A model generated the notes under the pieces. It was given only the letters and a program-made list of their open reading frames with translations. It was not told the origin of the DNA and made no database searches. A stretch of DNA of 61,316 bases, counting the filler, from Bipalium vagum (lineage: Eukaryota), in NCBI GenBank assembly GCA_037834085.1. It is 3 parts of 3 records of this genome, joined end to end, with 100 filler letters (N's around TTAATTAATTAA, not from the genome) between each part and the next. Parts side by side here need not be neighbours in the genome. Positions count along the whole stretch, not along the records: positions 18,241 to 43,591 come from JBBMKC010194941.1; positions 43,692 to 61,316 come from JBBMKC010058217.1; 1 more part is not named here. One strand, 5' to 3'. Position numbers and translations under genes: made by a program. Below, piece by piece: positions 37,872 to 51,700 of this stretch. Position 1 is the first letter of the stretch. Every line of letters begins with the position of its first letter.

Positions 37872-40369
37872 TTATTATTGTATCCATTTCCACAAATTCT
37901 ATGAGAATTTATTGATTTTTTATTAAAGAGCGAATTGATAAATTTTCCTGTGACAGTTTGAGTTATTTTTGTAACAATTTCCAATTTTTAATTATTTTAT
38001 TTTTATGTTATCCATCAAAAGTTTTATTAATTATACATATCGAGAATAGCTTATTGTGAATTAATCGAATTGTTCATCGAAATAAATGCATTATTTTTTG
38101 AGGAGAACATCATTTTCTGTACGTCGACTTGTCTTGTTTTAACTGGTGAAAATTTCGGAAGGAAATAAAATTATTTAAAACATATGGCGGTCACACTAAT
38201 CACCATTAATGGAATCCCATTTATTATTTAAATTCTGTTTTGGCAGGTTTTTCAATCTTCAATGGGAAAAAATGAATTTTTGTGAGGTTGAATTTTGAAC
38301 GAATAATGTTTTAAAATAAGTGCTAAGGATAAAATAATTTTTTATGAGTTTTAGACATAGATAAAATAATTGTTCTCTTGATCTAAAGTTATTGTTATTG
38401 GATGAGGATAAAATAAGTTGAATTTTAACAAAATGTTAGTATTGAGAACATGGACAAATTTAATTATTCTATCTAGTTATTAATTTTTCAAAAAAATTTT
38501 TTATAAATCATTCCAAATCAAAAAATTATGTAAAGGAAAGTATATAAGGAAAGTATTTAAACTTATTAAAGTGAATTTTTTCATTTTTTAAATTTGAAAG
38601 ACAAATCAAAATTTAATAACGAATTAGTTTTAATATCGTTTTTATCAAAGTCACAGATTCAAAAAATAGTTATTTATCAGAAACAAATTCAGCACGATAT
38701 CATATTACAAATATAAATAGAATTATGATGAAAGGTAATATTTTAGAAAAAGCTAAATATAATGGTGAAAAAACTTTTTATAACATATGAGAAATATGAA
38801 TTGGGAGATTTTAATAATGAAATTCGTTTTACAATTCTTTTGAACAAAGTTTAAAATAAAAATTCAACTTTTAAGTTTTTATTAAAATATAAAAAACTCG
38901 AATGCAAATATTTTAAAGAAAATTAAAAAAATGAAATATTTATTAAATATTTTTTTGGGATTCTGATTTTTTAATTGATCATCATAAAATTTCCTTATTT
39001 TATTATTAAAAACCCTTATCATCCTTGGAAAAAATCCTTTTCCAAAAAATAAATTATCTTAAATAAATCTAATTATATTTAGGTATTTTTTAAAGTGTAC
39101 TGCGTTCGTTTATTTTTGTCACTATTTTTATGATCAAGTACTAATTATTAATATTAATAATAATAATATTATAGTAGTAATATTATTGACTCTTTCTTGC
39201 GGCCCCCATTATAGAACTCTACTGTTTGTCTTTAGTAAACCCGACAAACATTCTTGATTTAACAGAATTCGGTCCATTGATTTGATCCACAAGAATGAAC
39301 TGCGTAAATTTTTTTTATCCAAAATAATCACACATTTATGAATGTTTCATTACTGTCCTTTTCCGCATATATCTTCTATCCGTATTTGGTCCCCACTTTT
39401 TATGGTTCTATGCCGGTCTCATTCAATTCATAACATTTTTGCGTTTCCAATCTCGATTTACCTTATTGGTCATTAATTAACAGTAATTCTTGTTCTATTT
39501 TCTTAGACTAGTACTATTTTCTTCCAAAACAAATCATTGGTCCTAGCCATTTCAGCTAATGCTGATGTTAGCAGAAATCCTAATATCTGTACATTCTACT
39601 GAAATTCTTGGATCCTTGGCTTTCTTCTTCTTCTGTGGTATCGCTTGATAAATCTTTTGTGTCTGTCAATATCATCATCTCCCGGCTTATCTTATTTAGT
39701 TTTTATCTTATCTTTCGGTGAATTTTGAATCATCATCTTCCGGTTAAAGTCTGTGACCAATACCTTTATTTCTGTTTGTTTCATCATCATCATCATTATC
39801 ATCATCCTTTTTAGTTGTCATTAACTCAAACTCCTCGCTACTATCATCTAAATGTACTTTCTCAGAACAATATTAGACCATAAGCGTTTGGATTTTTTAA
39901 TAACGCAGTCGCAACATGTTTAATTTTAACAGATTCTGATATCATTGATCATATTAAAGAAAAATAAAATTATGATCTTGTTGTAATCAATTATGACTAT
40001 AATTATATGAAACTTTTTGATAATCAGATTCCAAAATATTTTGACAGCAATGTCATGGTTTCGAAAAAAGAGCCGGGGTTAAAATTCACAAAGTTTGAAA
40101 AGATTTTAATGATATTGAATCTGTCATTGATTTCTTTAAGCATGAAAAATGCGACAGTTCAGCTTATTGAAATTGATTTCGACACAGTGATGGTAGCAGT
40201 TGCATTTTAGAAGTGTAAACTTTATTTTTCTTTATTGAATAACATTTGGAAATTGTTATTATTCTTAAAAGATTAATATTATCCCAAGTTCATAAAAATA
40301 ATAAAATGCATTTTTTAATAACTTATTTTTTCCTATACTCTCATTTAATATATTCCTATAATATAAACA

Positions 40370-41032
40370 TTTATGAAATTAATGTACTCTCGCTGTAAAA
40401 TACGGCGGAGTTGATTCACTTGAGTATATCTTATAGAGGAAGTCAACTGTAATTCAAAAGAAACGAGAAACTTTGTTCAAATAATCTCCATAGTTTAAAA
40501 ATAAAATCTAATAAAAATATAAAAATTTATGAAATTATGATTTTTCGCAAATTTTTACAAACAATTGAAATGAAACTAATTTAATTATTTATGAAATAAT
40601 TTTATCCAAATTTAAATATCCAAAATTTAACCTGTTTCTCTTAACCTTCAATTTTAAATTGGTATCCTGTCTTACATGATATTTTTGGTCTTCCAGATCC
40701 ATTTTAGTGATCACGATTTCCTTGATCTCTGTACTGAGTCCACCATTTTCCACAGTTCTGGTAGACAAATTCATTTTTTCCCTAACTTCACGAATAGTCA
40801 ATCCGGCTTCCAGCATTCCACATAATCGTCCTTTATCAAATATGTTTAGTTGGACCACTGAAACCAATTGTTAACACAATATTTGAAGTATTTAGAATTA
40901 GAATTTAGAAACGGGGAGGTCATAACAGTTACTAATTGTCAAATGGATATTTTCACTTGTGTAATGATTAATAAAATTATTTTAGAGAAATCTTATTTTT
41001 TATGTTTGTAGTACTTTTTGTGCAGGAGTATA
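40370..41032 (-). mobile_element. Internally deleted Tc1 element
   Basis: HTH DKGRLCGMLEAGLTIREVREKMNLSTRTV; TA-TACTCCTGCACAAAAAGT terminus. Confidence 0.65.
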
Positions 41033-41149
41033 TTTCAATTGAAAGCTTTAGAAGAAAATCGAATTTTGAACCAGGTAAAAGAATTATAAATGAATGTAAA
41101 ACATATTTTAAAAACGAAACAAAATAAAATTATTTAAATATAATAAAAA

Positions 41150-42290
41150 CCAATCAATTTTTCGCAAGCGCCAAAGTTTCATAAACTTCTCTAAGGAAGA
41201 CTACGTTATGAATTCGATAAGGAACCGATAATTCTGGAATGTCTGCTAACTTCTTGTGATCTCTTGAGTGACTTTCTTTGAGAATTCATTCCACCTAATT
41301 TTAAATTTCTCAAGTGATTTTACTTTTCTATCTTTTCAAAGTTTATGATTACCTGAACAGTTTTGGAACATTAGGTGTTCTACTCTTTCAATGTACCAAT
41401 CAACACTTAATTTTGAATAATGTGCGGTGGCTAGATCCAACCAAGATAAAAGAGAGCCTTCATGCTTCTTCAAAAATGATATCAAGCTGTTTTCATTCAC
41501 TCGTCGATGTAAGTTTGTGAGTGAATAGTACGTTTTGCGAAAAAACGGTTGACTTCGTTGAACACATTGGCAAATTGCTTACCAGACTAACATTTTTTGC
41601 CAAAATTGTCGAATTTCTCAAATGAAATATATTTTTATTTGTGATTGATTACGGCATCATGCCTGGCAGTAAATAATTATGGTCCAGGAAGCGTGGAACA
41701 TTTCATTTTTACATAGGTCTCATCATCCATAACAATAAAATTTGAGGAATTACCAAGGAGTTCCTTATCTAATTTTCATTATAGAAAAAATCCTCTTATT
41801 CGTCAACCAAGATTTCGCTTTGGATTTATTTTCAATGTCCGTAAATTGTTATTCTTCTTAAGTTACCGTTGATTGAGATGTATCAACTCTTTTTGCGAAA
41901 TCTCAAGTTCATATCTATTTATCCTTGTTTATATCCATCATCCTCTTGACTTCAGTTTTCCTTCACGATGAATCATTTAGACTACCTGGTCGACATATAT
42001 TTTTCAATGTTTTAAGATTTTGGATATTCTTAATTACTCTTTGAACCGTTCAAACCGAAAGACCAAGTGCTTTCACTATATTTTTGAGATTTTGTTGGAT
42101 GTTCCTTGTAAACACGGGCTACTTTTCACATCATCACATTTGACAAACATCCAAAAATGAATTCAATCTTAACGTAAAATAACTGACAGGATTCCTACTT
42201 TTAATTGATATGTAAATTAAGAAGCTTGATTGAACTTTGATGGAGTTATTACCGTTGTGAAAACGACAATACTTTTTGCTTCAGTAGTTA
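41150..42290 (-). mobile_element. Decayed Tc1-like (DD37E/TRT-like) element
   Basis: IVMDDETY and WLDLATAH motifs. Confidence 0.65.
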
Positions 42291-42669
42291 GACTTTTTAA
42301 AATCATTTATAGCTTTAAATGATGTTTGTTTTAATATAATTAAAAATGGAATCATTATACCATGTTCTGTTTCTAAACATTATCTTAATACTTTCAAAAA
42401 TCTGCGACAAAAATGTTTTTCTTAGTACTTCGTAACTTTGTAAATCGAATATTAAAATAAAACATACATCATGTATATGTATGCGTGGGTGGATGCGTCA
42501 ATTTTTGCATAGACCAGGACGCTGTTGTACATGCTGAGAACGACTTCAAATATTAATATTGATCAACATCAGCTGAAGCTTTTAGCGAAATTAATTGCTA
42601 ATGTTCCAAAGAATTTATTGACAGGGGTATGAATTAAAAATTGAAAACTACTGAAATTATATAAAGTTT

Positions 42670-42731
42670 AATATAAATAAATAATACATAATATAAATAA
42701 AATAATACATAATATAAATAAAATAATATAT
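42670..42731. repeat. Tandem repeat, ~21-bp unit x3 (AATATAAATAAAATAATACAT)
   Basis: Three adjacent near-identical units. Confidence 0.75.
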
Positions 42732-43591
42732 ATAATATTAATTTGATATTTTATATGAAAATATCAATTTTGTTAGCGGTTTTATATTATCAGCACAATC
42801 TTTAATTTTCGCATGAATTATTTTAATCACCATCATTTGTTTGCTGTGGAACTCAGTGCCTGATGATTATCTTCTTCTAAAGACAAACCTTTCAATATAT
42901 AATTTTAATAAATTTATTTTATGATTATTATAACAGTACACAGCAGAATAAGGCAATTTCAAAGTAGTTTCGTCCCAACTGTTTTCTGTTCTTTTCTATT
43001 TATAACATGTACCAAAGCATACTTTAGTCGTTGTAATATTTGATAAATACAAAAAATTTTTTTATGTATCTAAAATTTTTTTTGTTTTTAAATCAATGAA
43101 TCCTTTTTATGGCTTGTATTTATTTTGCATGGGTAAGTAGGATTTTTAGAAAATTTAATTATTTATGTACTTTTTGTTTTAATATATCCAAGCAATATGT
43201 GTTTTAAAATATAATTTGCAATACATTTAGTATTTTTAAGTGTATATATACAAGGGGACCTCGATTTGCGTAAGAGATACATTCCATAGAAAGTTACGCA
43301 AATAAAGATTAGAAAATAATACAAAACGGGGGATCGATTCCAGTTCTTTAAAAAATGACAAATGTGGATACATTAGTATATTTTTATTTTGATAAAACCT
43401 TTAAAAATAATCAATAATAACAAAAAAAGTAACAATGACGGCTTATGCTTACATTTATAAAATGAATGAATTTTTGTTTGCTTTTTGCGTTGGTCATACA
43501 ATATTTTAAAAATGCAGGGTGTTTCATAAGTAACTGACTATTTTATTTTTTAAATATCTTTTTATAAAAATGAAAACTAAGACAGATTTTT

Positions 43592-43691
43592 NNNNNNNNN
43601 NNNNNNNNNNNNNNNNNNNNNNNNNNNNNNNNNNNTTAATTAATTAANNNNNNNNNNNNNNNNNNNNNNNNNNNNNNNNNNNNNNNNNNNN
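43592..43691. other. Assembly gap with artificial TTAATTAATTAA spacer
   Basis: Same 100-nt construct as 18141-18240. Confidence 0.95.
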
Positions 43692-43731
43692 TTTAATTTA
43701 ATTTAATTTAATTTAATTTAATTTAATTTAA
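43692..43731. repeat. (TTTAA)n microsatellite at contig edge
   Basis: About 8 perfect units. Confidence 0.85.
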
Positions 43732-44740
43732 TAGCATATTTTGGAAAATAGCAGGACAGAAATCAGTAATAATGGCTATTAATAATATTATTCATTACCT
43801 ATTAATTCTTTATTATTGTGAATTACATAAAGGTTTTTTATTGATTTTCCTATTTCCTTAAATTATGAGACAGTCCTTTATCATTAAAAATTAATAATAT
43901 TTTTGTTATTTACAATTTTTCAGTTGCACAGATTTCAAATAATTATTTAAGGCATAATTCATAAATTATTTTCCAATTATACAATTGCAGACCTAAAAAA
44001 TTTTATTCGAAAAAAACATCCATAATTTAAAATTTTATTTATAATTTTCAAAATTTCTTTGAAAACTTTTTATCAGTCTAACTTTAAATATTCGCGATAT
44101 TTAATTCATCAAAGTTCACTAAAAAATATTAACAAAGCGAGAAAATTTTCAAAAGAAAATTTATATTTCATAATTTCAAAGAAACTTTTCTGAAAATATT
44201 ATTTTAATTTTATTTTTCAGATTAATGAAAATTAATTTCAATTGAATTCTTGAAAGTTTTTTATGTTAATATTAGATAGATTTGCAGGCATTAGTTATAA
44301 TATCATTTGAATAATTAATTATATCTTTTTATATATGTGTATGTATGACACGCTGAAAAACATCCTTTCCCCTCCTTTGATCAATTGCCTAATTGTAACA
44401 AGGAGTAAAAGAGGTGGACCGCTTAGAAAATATTTTGAAAAGCTTTCTAATCTTCAGAAAACTAATTCTGGATATAACGTTGTGGCGGTTCTTTATACTA
44501 AATCGATATAAATTAAAAATTAATTTTAAAACATCTGTTCTTCTGGTTTAGTAATTCTGATAAATCATTCAAGTAAACTAAAAATTTGATAAAAATTTAA
44601 GTTTAATAAAAAATCAATAAATGAATTTTTGCACTTGTGGAATGACCGAAATACTGAGAATAATAAGAATTATATTTCATTACTAGAGACGGATTTGATT
44701 TAAAGGGAGCTCAATTAAAAATGGAGTCTAATGTAATAAG

Positions 44741-45382
44741 GCTGGGGTGAAAAGTTCTCGGCCTAACAAATAAAAAAACCTTTTCACAAAAATTTTTTTT
44801 TCAATGTAATTTTCATATAATGCAATAAATTTCTTACGATCGATATTCAAGTCTTAATCCAATCAGCATAGTATGATTTATCAATGACATAACCTTCAAA
44901 AAATGCCTTTAAAAAAAGACCTTCCCCATGAACTTATGCAATATTTGTCCTAAATTGTTTTCCAGAAAGCCAATTTTTCAAGTTTGGAAACAAGAAGATT
45001 TAAGGAGTGCCAAAACCGGAGAGTAAGGTGAAGAAGGAAGATAAATCCTTTCGTAGTTCATGAAATTTTTTCATGTGTAACTGTTAAAAAATTAGCTAGT
45101 GCATTGCCTTGATGAAGAATTACATTTTTCTTTGTAGATGCGGACTTTCATTCTACAAATGTAGAATTCATTTCATTTTTAATCTCTGTTGAGATAGGCC
45201 TTTCAGAATGAAATACTTAATTATGTCTTATTTTATCCATATTCAATTTAAATAATTATTATAACAGAGAATTATGAGATTAAGTCAACTGAAAATCAAA
45301 ATTCGATTACACAGATTTTCAAAAATAATATCTATCTTTTTTAATTGATGTTCTTTCTTTGTTAGGTCAAGAACTTTTAATG
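44741..45382 (-). mobile_element. Internally deleted mariner
   Basis: Inverted repeats AAAAGTTCTCGGCCTAACAAA / TTTGTTAGGTCAAGAACTTTT flank decayed catalytic-domain sequence (LHQGNA). Confidence 0.65.
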
Positions 45383-47199
45383 ATTTTAAAGGTTTAATGA
45401 TTTTTGTGCATACCAATTTTTGATATTTAGAAAAGAATAAATAATTAAAAAATACCGACCTTAAAACCTCTTGGTGTGCGTAAAACGATCACATCAGGTA
45501 TGATTTTGATCTTTAATGATTAATTTCTTTTTTTTTATTGAAAATAATCCACAAGAAATATAAAATAATTAAAACTAATTAAAATAGTTTTAAATGCAAT
45601 ACAGGAGAAAATTATTTTTTCAAGAAATGCAAAATCCTTTTACATTTTTAACTGCAAAATTTTGATTAAACAAAAAACTATGTTAATTGTTAGAAAAACA
45701 TGTGAAATATGTGAAGGGTAACATGAGCTTAAGAATGTGGAAAAAGTTTTTTAGTTTGTAATTTCGAATTACAAAAACAAAAATTGAAAGAATTTAATTA
45801 TTATCGAATTTTACTTATATTTTTCACTAAATTATTATTTAGGAACTTTTATAACTTTTAAAAAGAACAATAAGTAATTTATTCTTTGCAAGAGTTTATT
45901 GATTATTCTAAAGATCTTTATTCTAAAAAAATCTTTAAGAATATTGATAAGAACACTTTTCTTTTTATTTCATTTTTGGTAATAGATTTTTCAAATTTTC
46001 AATAAGGAAAATAATCTGAAAATTTTATCTAGAATGAAACACAATACTTAAAACTTACGTAGACGTCTTCAGATGTCACATTAATTTGAAGTTTGTTAAT
46101 TTAAACAAAAATACAAACTTCACATATTTCTTTCTTTTTGCATAAAAATAAAATTGATAAATTGTAAAATTACTTAATTATAATAATTACGAAAATTTAT
46201 TATCTCCAGATTTTTTGAAAGTTAATTCCTTGATGGATTTAAAAAATTAAAATGAAATAAGAGGAAATTAGTTTCAGGTATGTTAAGCTGTTCATCTTTT
46301 ATTTTTCTAATTTGTTAAATCTTAAATTTTTAAAAAATTTTAAAAAAACCAAAAATATTATTTTTTACCCATAATTTATTTAGATATAAAGTTCATTCAA
46401 AAAGTTTCACTCATTGAATGTTAATAATAACAATAATGAAACTACACTTTTATTCCTCAATATATATAAAAAGATATTTAAAAAGTTATTTAATGTTACG
46501 TATATTAATTCATATCTGATAAAATGTCGATAGTATATATTTTCGCCACTCATTTCTAAATCCAAAATCTTTTTATATTCTATAATAATTAAAGTGAAAT
46601 ATTTATTTTTTCAATAAATATACAATATAAATTACCGAAATTTAAATTTGTTTTGATTATTTGTTGATTTATTTAAACAATGATTAAAATTTTACTTTAA
46701 TACTTCTAAATACACCTGAAAAATTGTAAACATATATGAATTATGGACTACCCAACTATTTTCAAAAATATAAAATATGTAATTTTAGATCACTATATTT
46801 ATCATACTTCATTAAATATAATTTTTCTGGAAACCATATTATCCTTACTATACTGGAAAGAATCAGAATCTGGAGCGATTATCTTTCTGCCTAATTAAAT
46901 AATACGTTAGCAGCCTATTCTTGTGTATCAATCTAATTGCGTGAGAAAAAATATTTCAATTAAAATATATTCAGTTCTTTTAAACTAGTTTTAATAAAAA
47001 AGTGATGTAAACAAAACTATTTAAAAGTCATGAAAATATAAAATAAAATTTTAAAAATAAGATAGTGAAATTTATTATTATAACTAAAACTGGAGAAATA
47101 AAAAAAATTGTTAAGAAGGAAGTGACTCAAGGCTGTTATCGTTAATCTTTTTATTTGCTAATTTAAATAAAATTAAAACATTTTTCATCGTATATTAAT

Positions 47200-47575
47200 A
47201 GTATTAGACTATGTTTGTTTGGTGGAACTCTGACATCATAATCTACGTCAAAGTTTTTCCACACGCAGAGGTCATAAATTCAGCCAAGATTTACATTACA
47301 GCTCAGATCTCGCGCTATCTGATTTCACCTTTTCTGGTCAATAGTACATTTTCTGCGAGGAAGCTACTTCAACAATCTTGAGAATGTCAATAGGAGTTCT
47401 TCTATTCCAAGGACAAGGTTTGACACTGAGATCGAACAACTTCCTAAGAAATGGTTTGAAACTATCTAATCGAACTACATTTATTTCTAAACTTCATTTT
47501 CATTTTGGTTTCATAAAATATGTTTCAGATTTTGCTCTAACTACGCACGGATTTTTGGTTCATCCTTATATTATA
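47200..47575 (+). mobile_element. Mariner 3' remnant
   Basis: YSSDLALSDF motif followed by a TIR-like end. Confidence 0.55.
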
Positions 47576-48224
47576 TCATATATAAGATTTAGTACACAAT
47601 CGTCTATTTTATTCTTGTTCATCGATTTTTGTTTTTGATACATTTTTTAACTAGTTGACGAAGACCATAACAGATGATATTAATTCTTGAATTCTTATTT
47701 TTAATTTTATTGATAGATCTGAAGATAAAAATTTTACTAACAGAATTAGTGGCTCAATAAGTGAAGAAGATTATAATTATTTTATTAATGAATATAAGAA
47801 TTTCACAAGTTTGAAAGAGTGTAGGTTTTATTAAAAAAAAATTAAAAATATTAATAATTCGGTTTTTGATTTGTCATTATATGAACTCTGACTAATTTAA
47901 TGTGAATTAAAAACCTCCAAAGAAAAAACAAAATCCGAACCATTATCAAAAATTATAATTTTTTATTGTTGCCACATAAATTTATTACAAAATTAGTTGT
48001 ATTAAGAAATACAAAACACAAAGTTAACATAACATTTATTATAAAACAGAAATGAGACCACTGTCTTCCATTTCTCATAAAATTGGTTTTATATTAGCCG
48101 TCATGCTTCTGAAGACTAATATTAAACATTTGCATTTGTCTTGCACTTCTATGCGGGAAAGACCTTGTGTTTTGGCTTTCCATCCATTTTATATAATTAT
48201 ATTATAATTCTTTACTCGATGTTA

Positions 48225-48294
48225 GTTGAAAATTATCTGGAACCCGGGACCTTCACATGCACATGCATTGCTCTGACTGCTGAGCTACATCCCC
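48225..48294 (-). pseudogene. tRNA-Ala(TGC)-derived pseudogene or SINE head
   Basis: GGGGATGTAGCTCAG...GCATGTGCATGTGAAGGTCCCGGGTTC resembles metazoan tRNA-Ala; A and partial B boxes are present, but the 3' acceptor strand is missing. Confidence 0.7.
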
Positions 48295-48309
48295 CACTTA
48301 TTTTCAATT

Positions 48310-49020
48310 TATCTCACACTTGACAAGGCTCAAAATGTTTCTATTGATCTGGCCTGTGAAACAAATTGTAATTTTTAGTACTAAAATGCACATTTTTTGA
48401 TTTCAACCAATCGGTCACTGTTTTTGCTTAATGACATCATACTAGGTAAAGATAATGTCGTTATTATAATGATATTTACTTATGAAGAAATTTTATTTTG
48501 GGAGAGACTTTCTACTATAAGTATCAGAATTTAATGCTTCTCCTTTTACTATTCCAAAAAAAGGAGTTGAAATACCTTTCTCTCATATGGCACACTAAAC
48601 TAAAACCTTTTGTGGAAATTTCCTTATAGGAGCAAAAAAGGGCATGAGACAGAATAATACTTATATTATTGGTGTAGAAATTAAAATTTTCTGTAGGTGT
48701 GCTGTTTGAAATTGTAAAATATTTCTCATCATCCATGATGATCACCTTTCAATTGGTGAAGTGCTAGACAATACCTTGATATTTTTTCAATTTGGGCATC
48801 AGTATATTTGATTTTTTATCGCTTTCGATATTTTATGTATTCTTTCTCCATTACTCGACCTATTTTCATATGTGATTTAAAAAGATATTAAATTATTTTA
48901 TTGATTTTTCTTTGTGGTAATAGAATTTATTGTGTTGTTTTTTTCCTTTGTTGTTTTTTTTACATTGTGCAAGTACATATTTTTCGACCATATTTTCACA
49001 CGTATTTCCGAACATATGAA
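48310..49020 (-). mobile_element. Decayed Tc1-like (DD37E/TRT-like) element
   Basis: IIMDDEKYFTISNS motif, same type as the 24170-25100 relic. Confidence 0.6.
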
Positions 49021-50799
49021 TAAAAAGTTTTTAATATATTTAATTAGTTTTATGTTTTATGTTAAAAGAATTTTTCCCAAAGAGTTATATATATCATAAA
49101 AATTAAATAAATTGAAATATAAAAAAATAAATATTATTATCATTATTATTGTTGTTATTATTATTTTATAAAAGTACATAAATTAAAACAAAAAAATACA
49201 TAAAAATATTGTAAGTGAAACTTACTAAAAATAGATTATATGACAAAATTATGTACAGAAAAGTTATTATTAGTAAGTTTTATACATAAAAGAAATTTAA
49301 GTTAATATTTTAAATAAAAATTAATTACTAAGAATAAAATGTATAATAAAAATTATATATATAAGTGCAGAATTTTATTTGCAAGAGCGCATAAAAAATA
49401 AAATAGACAAGATGCAAGCAGAAACGATTTACGTAGACGCACAAGAAACGGACAAACGAGAAAAGAAATAAAACGACAGCAATTACGAGAATAAATAAAT
49501 TCACGCCGACCCTGGATATTCTCATGACGAGATCACGCCATAATCATCAAAATTATCTTTATAAAAGGAGCAGACAAATTTTTTATTGACAAAAGAAAAA
49601 TCATTTATGCCCATTAGTGAGTAATTCTTATATGTAATTTATATTATATTTTATTATATATTTAATATAATTAATTCCTTTTTAATAGGTAATTCTAACA
49701 AATTACACAATTAATAAAATATTAACTAAATAGATAAATAATTCTAAAATTGAATTCCCAATTGGTGATTCTAACGAATTGCACAATTGTATAATTAAAG
49801 ATCTTTTAAGTAAATTTTAGCGTCTAGCCCTAAAATCAATTAATATTTTTTGTTTTCCCTTCTCTTCAGAAGCAGTTCTTTTTTGTTTTAGCAGTTCACA
49901 CACTAATTATGGTGGTGAATTGCATATCTTTGAGGGCTTTTGAGACACTTTATCAGTGCGAAAAATATCCTTCCTTTTAATAATTCCTAAACTCTGGAAA
50001 AGTTTTCTTAAAGGGGATTGATGAAACAGCAATCACTCTTGTTTTTGTAAATTCATAAAATCAGATTTTCATTTAATATAAATAAAGTTTTGTGTATTAA
50101 ATTGTTATCTTAGTCGATTAAAAATCATAGTTAAAACACGCCTAAAAAACCTTCTAACCGCTAAGCTCTTAACTTGCTCCACTTTATTTAAGAGACTTAA
50201 CACTAATAATGTTGACCTATTAAGTAAGACTGGTCAATTTTAATAGAGGATACTAAAGATCACTTTCAGGAATTAAGAATCGTAAGACATCAAGAAATTC
50301 TAATTTATAAGATTAGTGAATGATATTTCTGCAAAATATTTGGACTCTCGTGAATATATTTATAGTATTTCTAAAACATTTAAGCTATTTATAAGTTATG
50401 ATTTCTTTTTACAATAATTAATGATTTTTTTGTAAAATGACATAATCATTGATGGGTGTGAAGTACAAAGGTAAGTTACTTCTAAAAATCCAATGCATTA
50501 TTAATATATGTCAAAGTACTTTATGAGACTTCTTAAAATGATAGAAATCACAATACTGCTGTTACTGAAATAATAAATGATGACAGTCTATTGAAACTTG
50601 TCGATTATATTTTATTTCTGTTCCTAAGCCCTAACGACAATGTAACAAATACATATCTCAATAAATCATAAATTGTAAATCTTTATTGGGAATATTTAAT
50701 TACATTTACACCAAGACATTTTCTAAGCAAAAAAAAGTGGTTCAAACGATATTTAAGATCAAAACCAATAAAAGAATAATGGAATTTCAGAGGAATGTA

Positions 50800-51242
50800 T
50801 AAACCCATTGTTACTGTGCTAATCGATAAGCTCTGTAGTTCATAAGTTTCATTATTAGGATGAAAAGAAGGTAATGTCGTATTATAAAATTTTTTTCGAC
50901 CATGACAATGCTCACACATCTAAAGGAAAATATGGAAAAGGTTAAAAAGTTGCACTTTGAATTAGCTTCACACCCACCGTATTCCCAGGCAGATTTTTTT
51001 CTTTGCAGAAACCTGAAGAAATTTCTCGTTGGACAAAGATTTTCGTCAAATAGAAGTGATTGTGACTGGTTATTTTGCAGACCTCTTCAAATTGGCCTAC
51101 AACAATGGCATCAACAATTTTGAGAAACATTTAATAAAGTGTATTCAACTTGTTGGAGACTACATTGAAAAATAAATTGCTTTTATCTTTTGATTTTATT
51201 GTTTTCATATTTATTCACCGAACTTTTCAACCCACCGTCGTA
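50800..51242 (+). mobile_element. Mariner 3' half with right TIR
   Basis: HDNA, HPPYS..DFFL..NLKKFLVGQRF; ends CGAACTTTTCAACCCACCGTCG-TA. Confidence 0.75.
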
Positions 51243-51399
51243 CACACATTTCAAATTGAGTAATTTTTAATTTTCGTATTATATTATCCTTTTGATTTTC
51301 TGAACTAAAACAGAATCTCACTTAAATTGCATATTTCAATTTCGTTAGTTCTATTCTTTATTTGTTCTATTTTCCGAATCTAAAATGAGTGGAAAAAGC

Positions 51400-51700
51400 C
51401 TAGGAGACTCTGCATAATTTATTGGTTCCAAGAAGGCAATGCCAAAACCAAAGCTTTTGTTAACCGGGTGTAATCCAGATTCTTAAAGGTGAATAAACAT
51501 TTGTTTTTCCAAAGAAAATTTTGACATTGAAAGATGATACAATTTCTGGGTTTACACTGCCTTAATGACGGTGTTTTGTACTTTAATTCGACATTACAAC
51601 CACCTTGAAGATTTTTGATTAAGTTCAAGACTTCCAGAAAATCCAAACCTAGTTAATTGGTTCACCTTAGACAAGCATTAAGCCAATGACTAAATTCAAT
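51400..51700 (-). mobile_element. Ty3/gypsy RT-RNase H connection fragment
   Basis: LTKALVLALPSWNQ resembles LTSAPVLALPDW. Confidence 0.4.

Noticed and set aside
42670-42731. Short direct repeats as a CRISPR-like array
   Set aside because: Units are adjacent with no spacers, nearly pure A/T, in a eukaryotic context with no cas genes.
48225-48294. Functional tRNA-Ala gene
   Set aside because: The D-loop GG is altered, the T-arm 3' strand and acceptor 3' strand are missing, and no cloverleaf can form.
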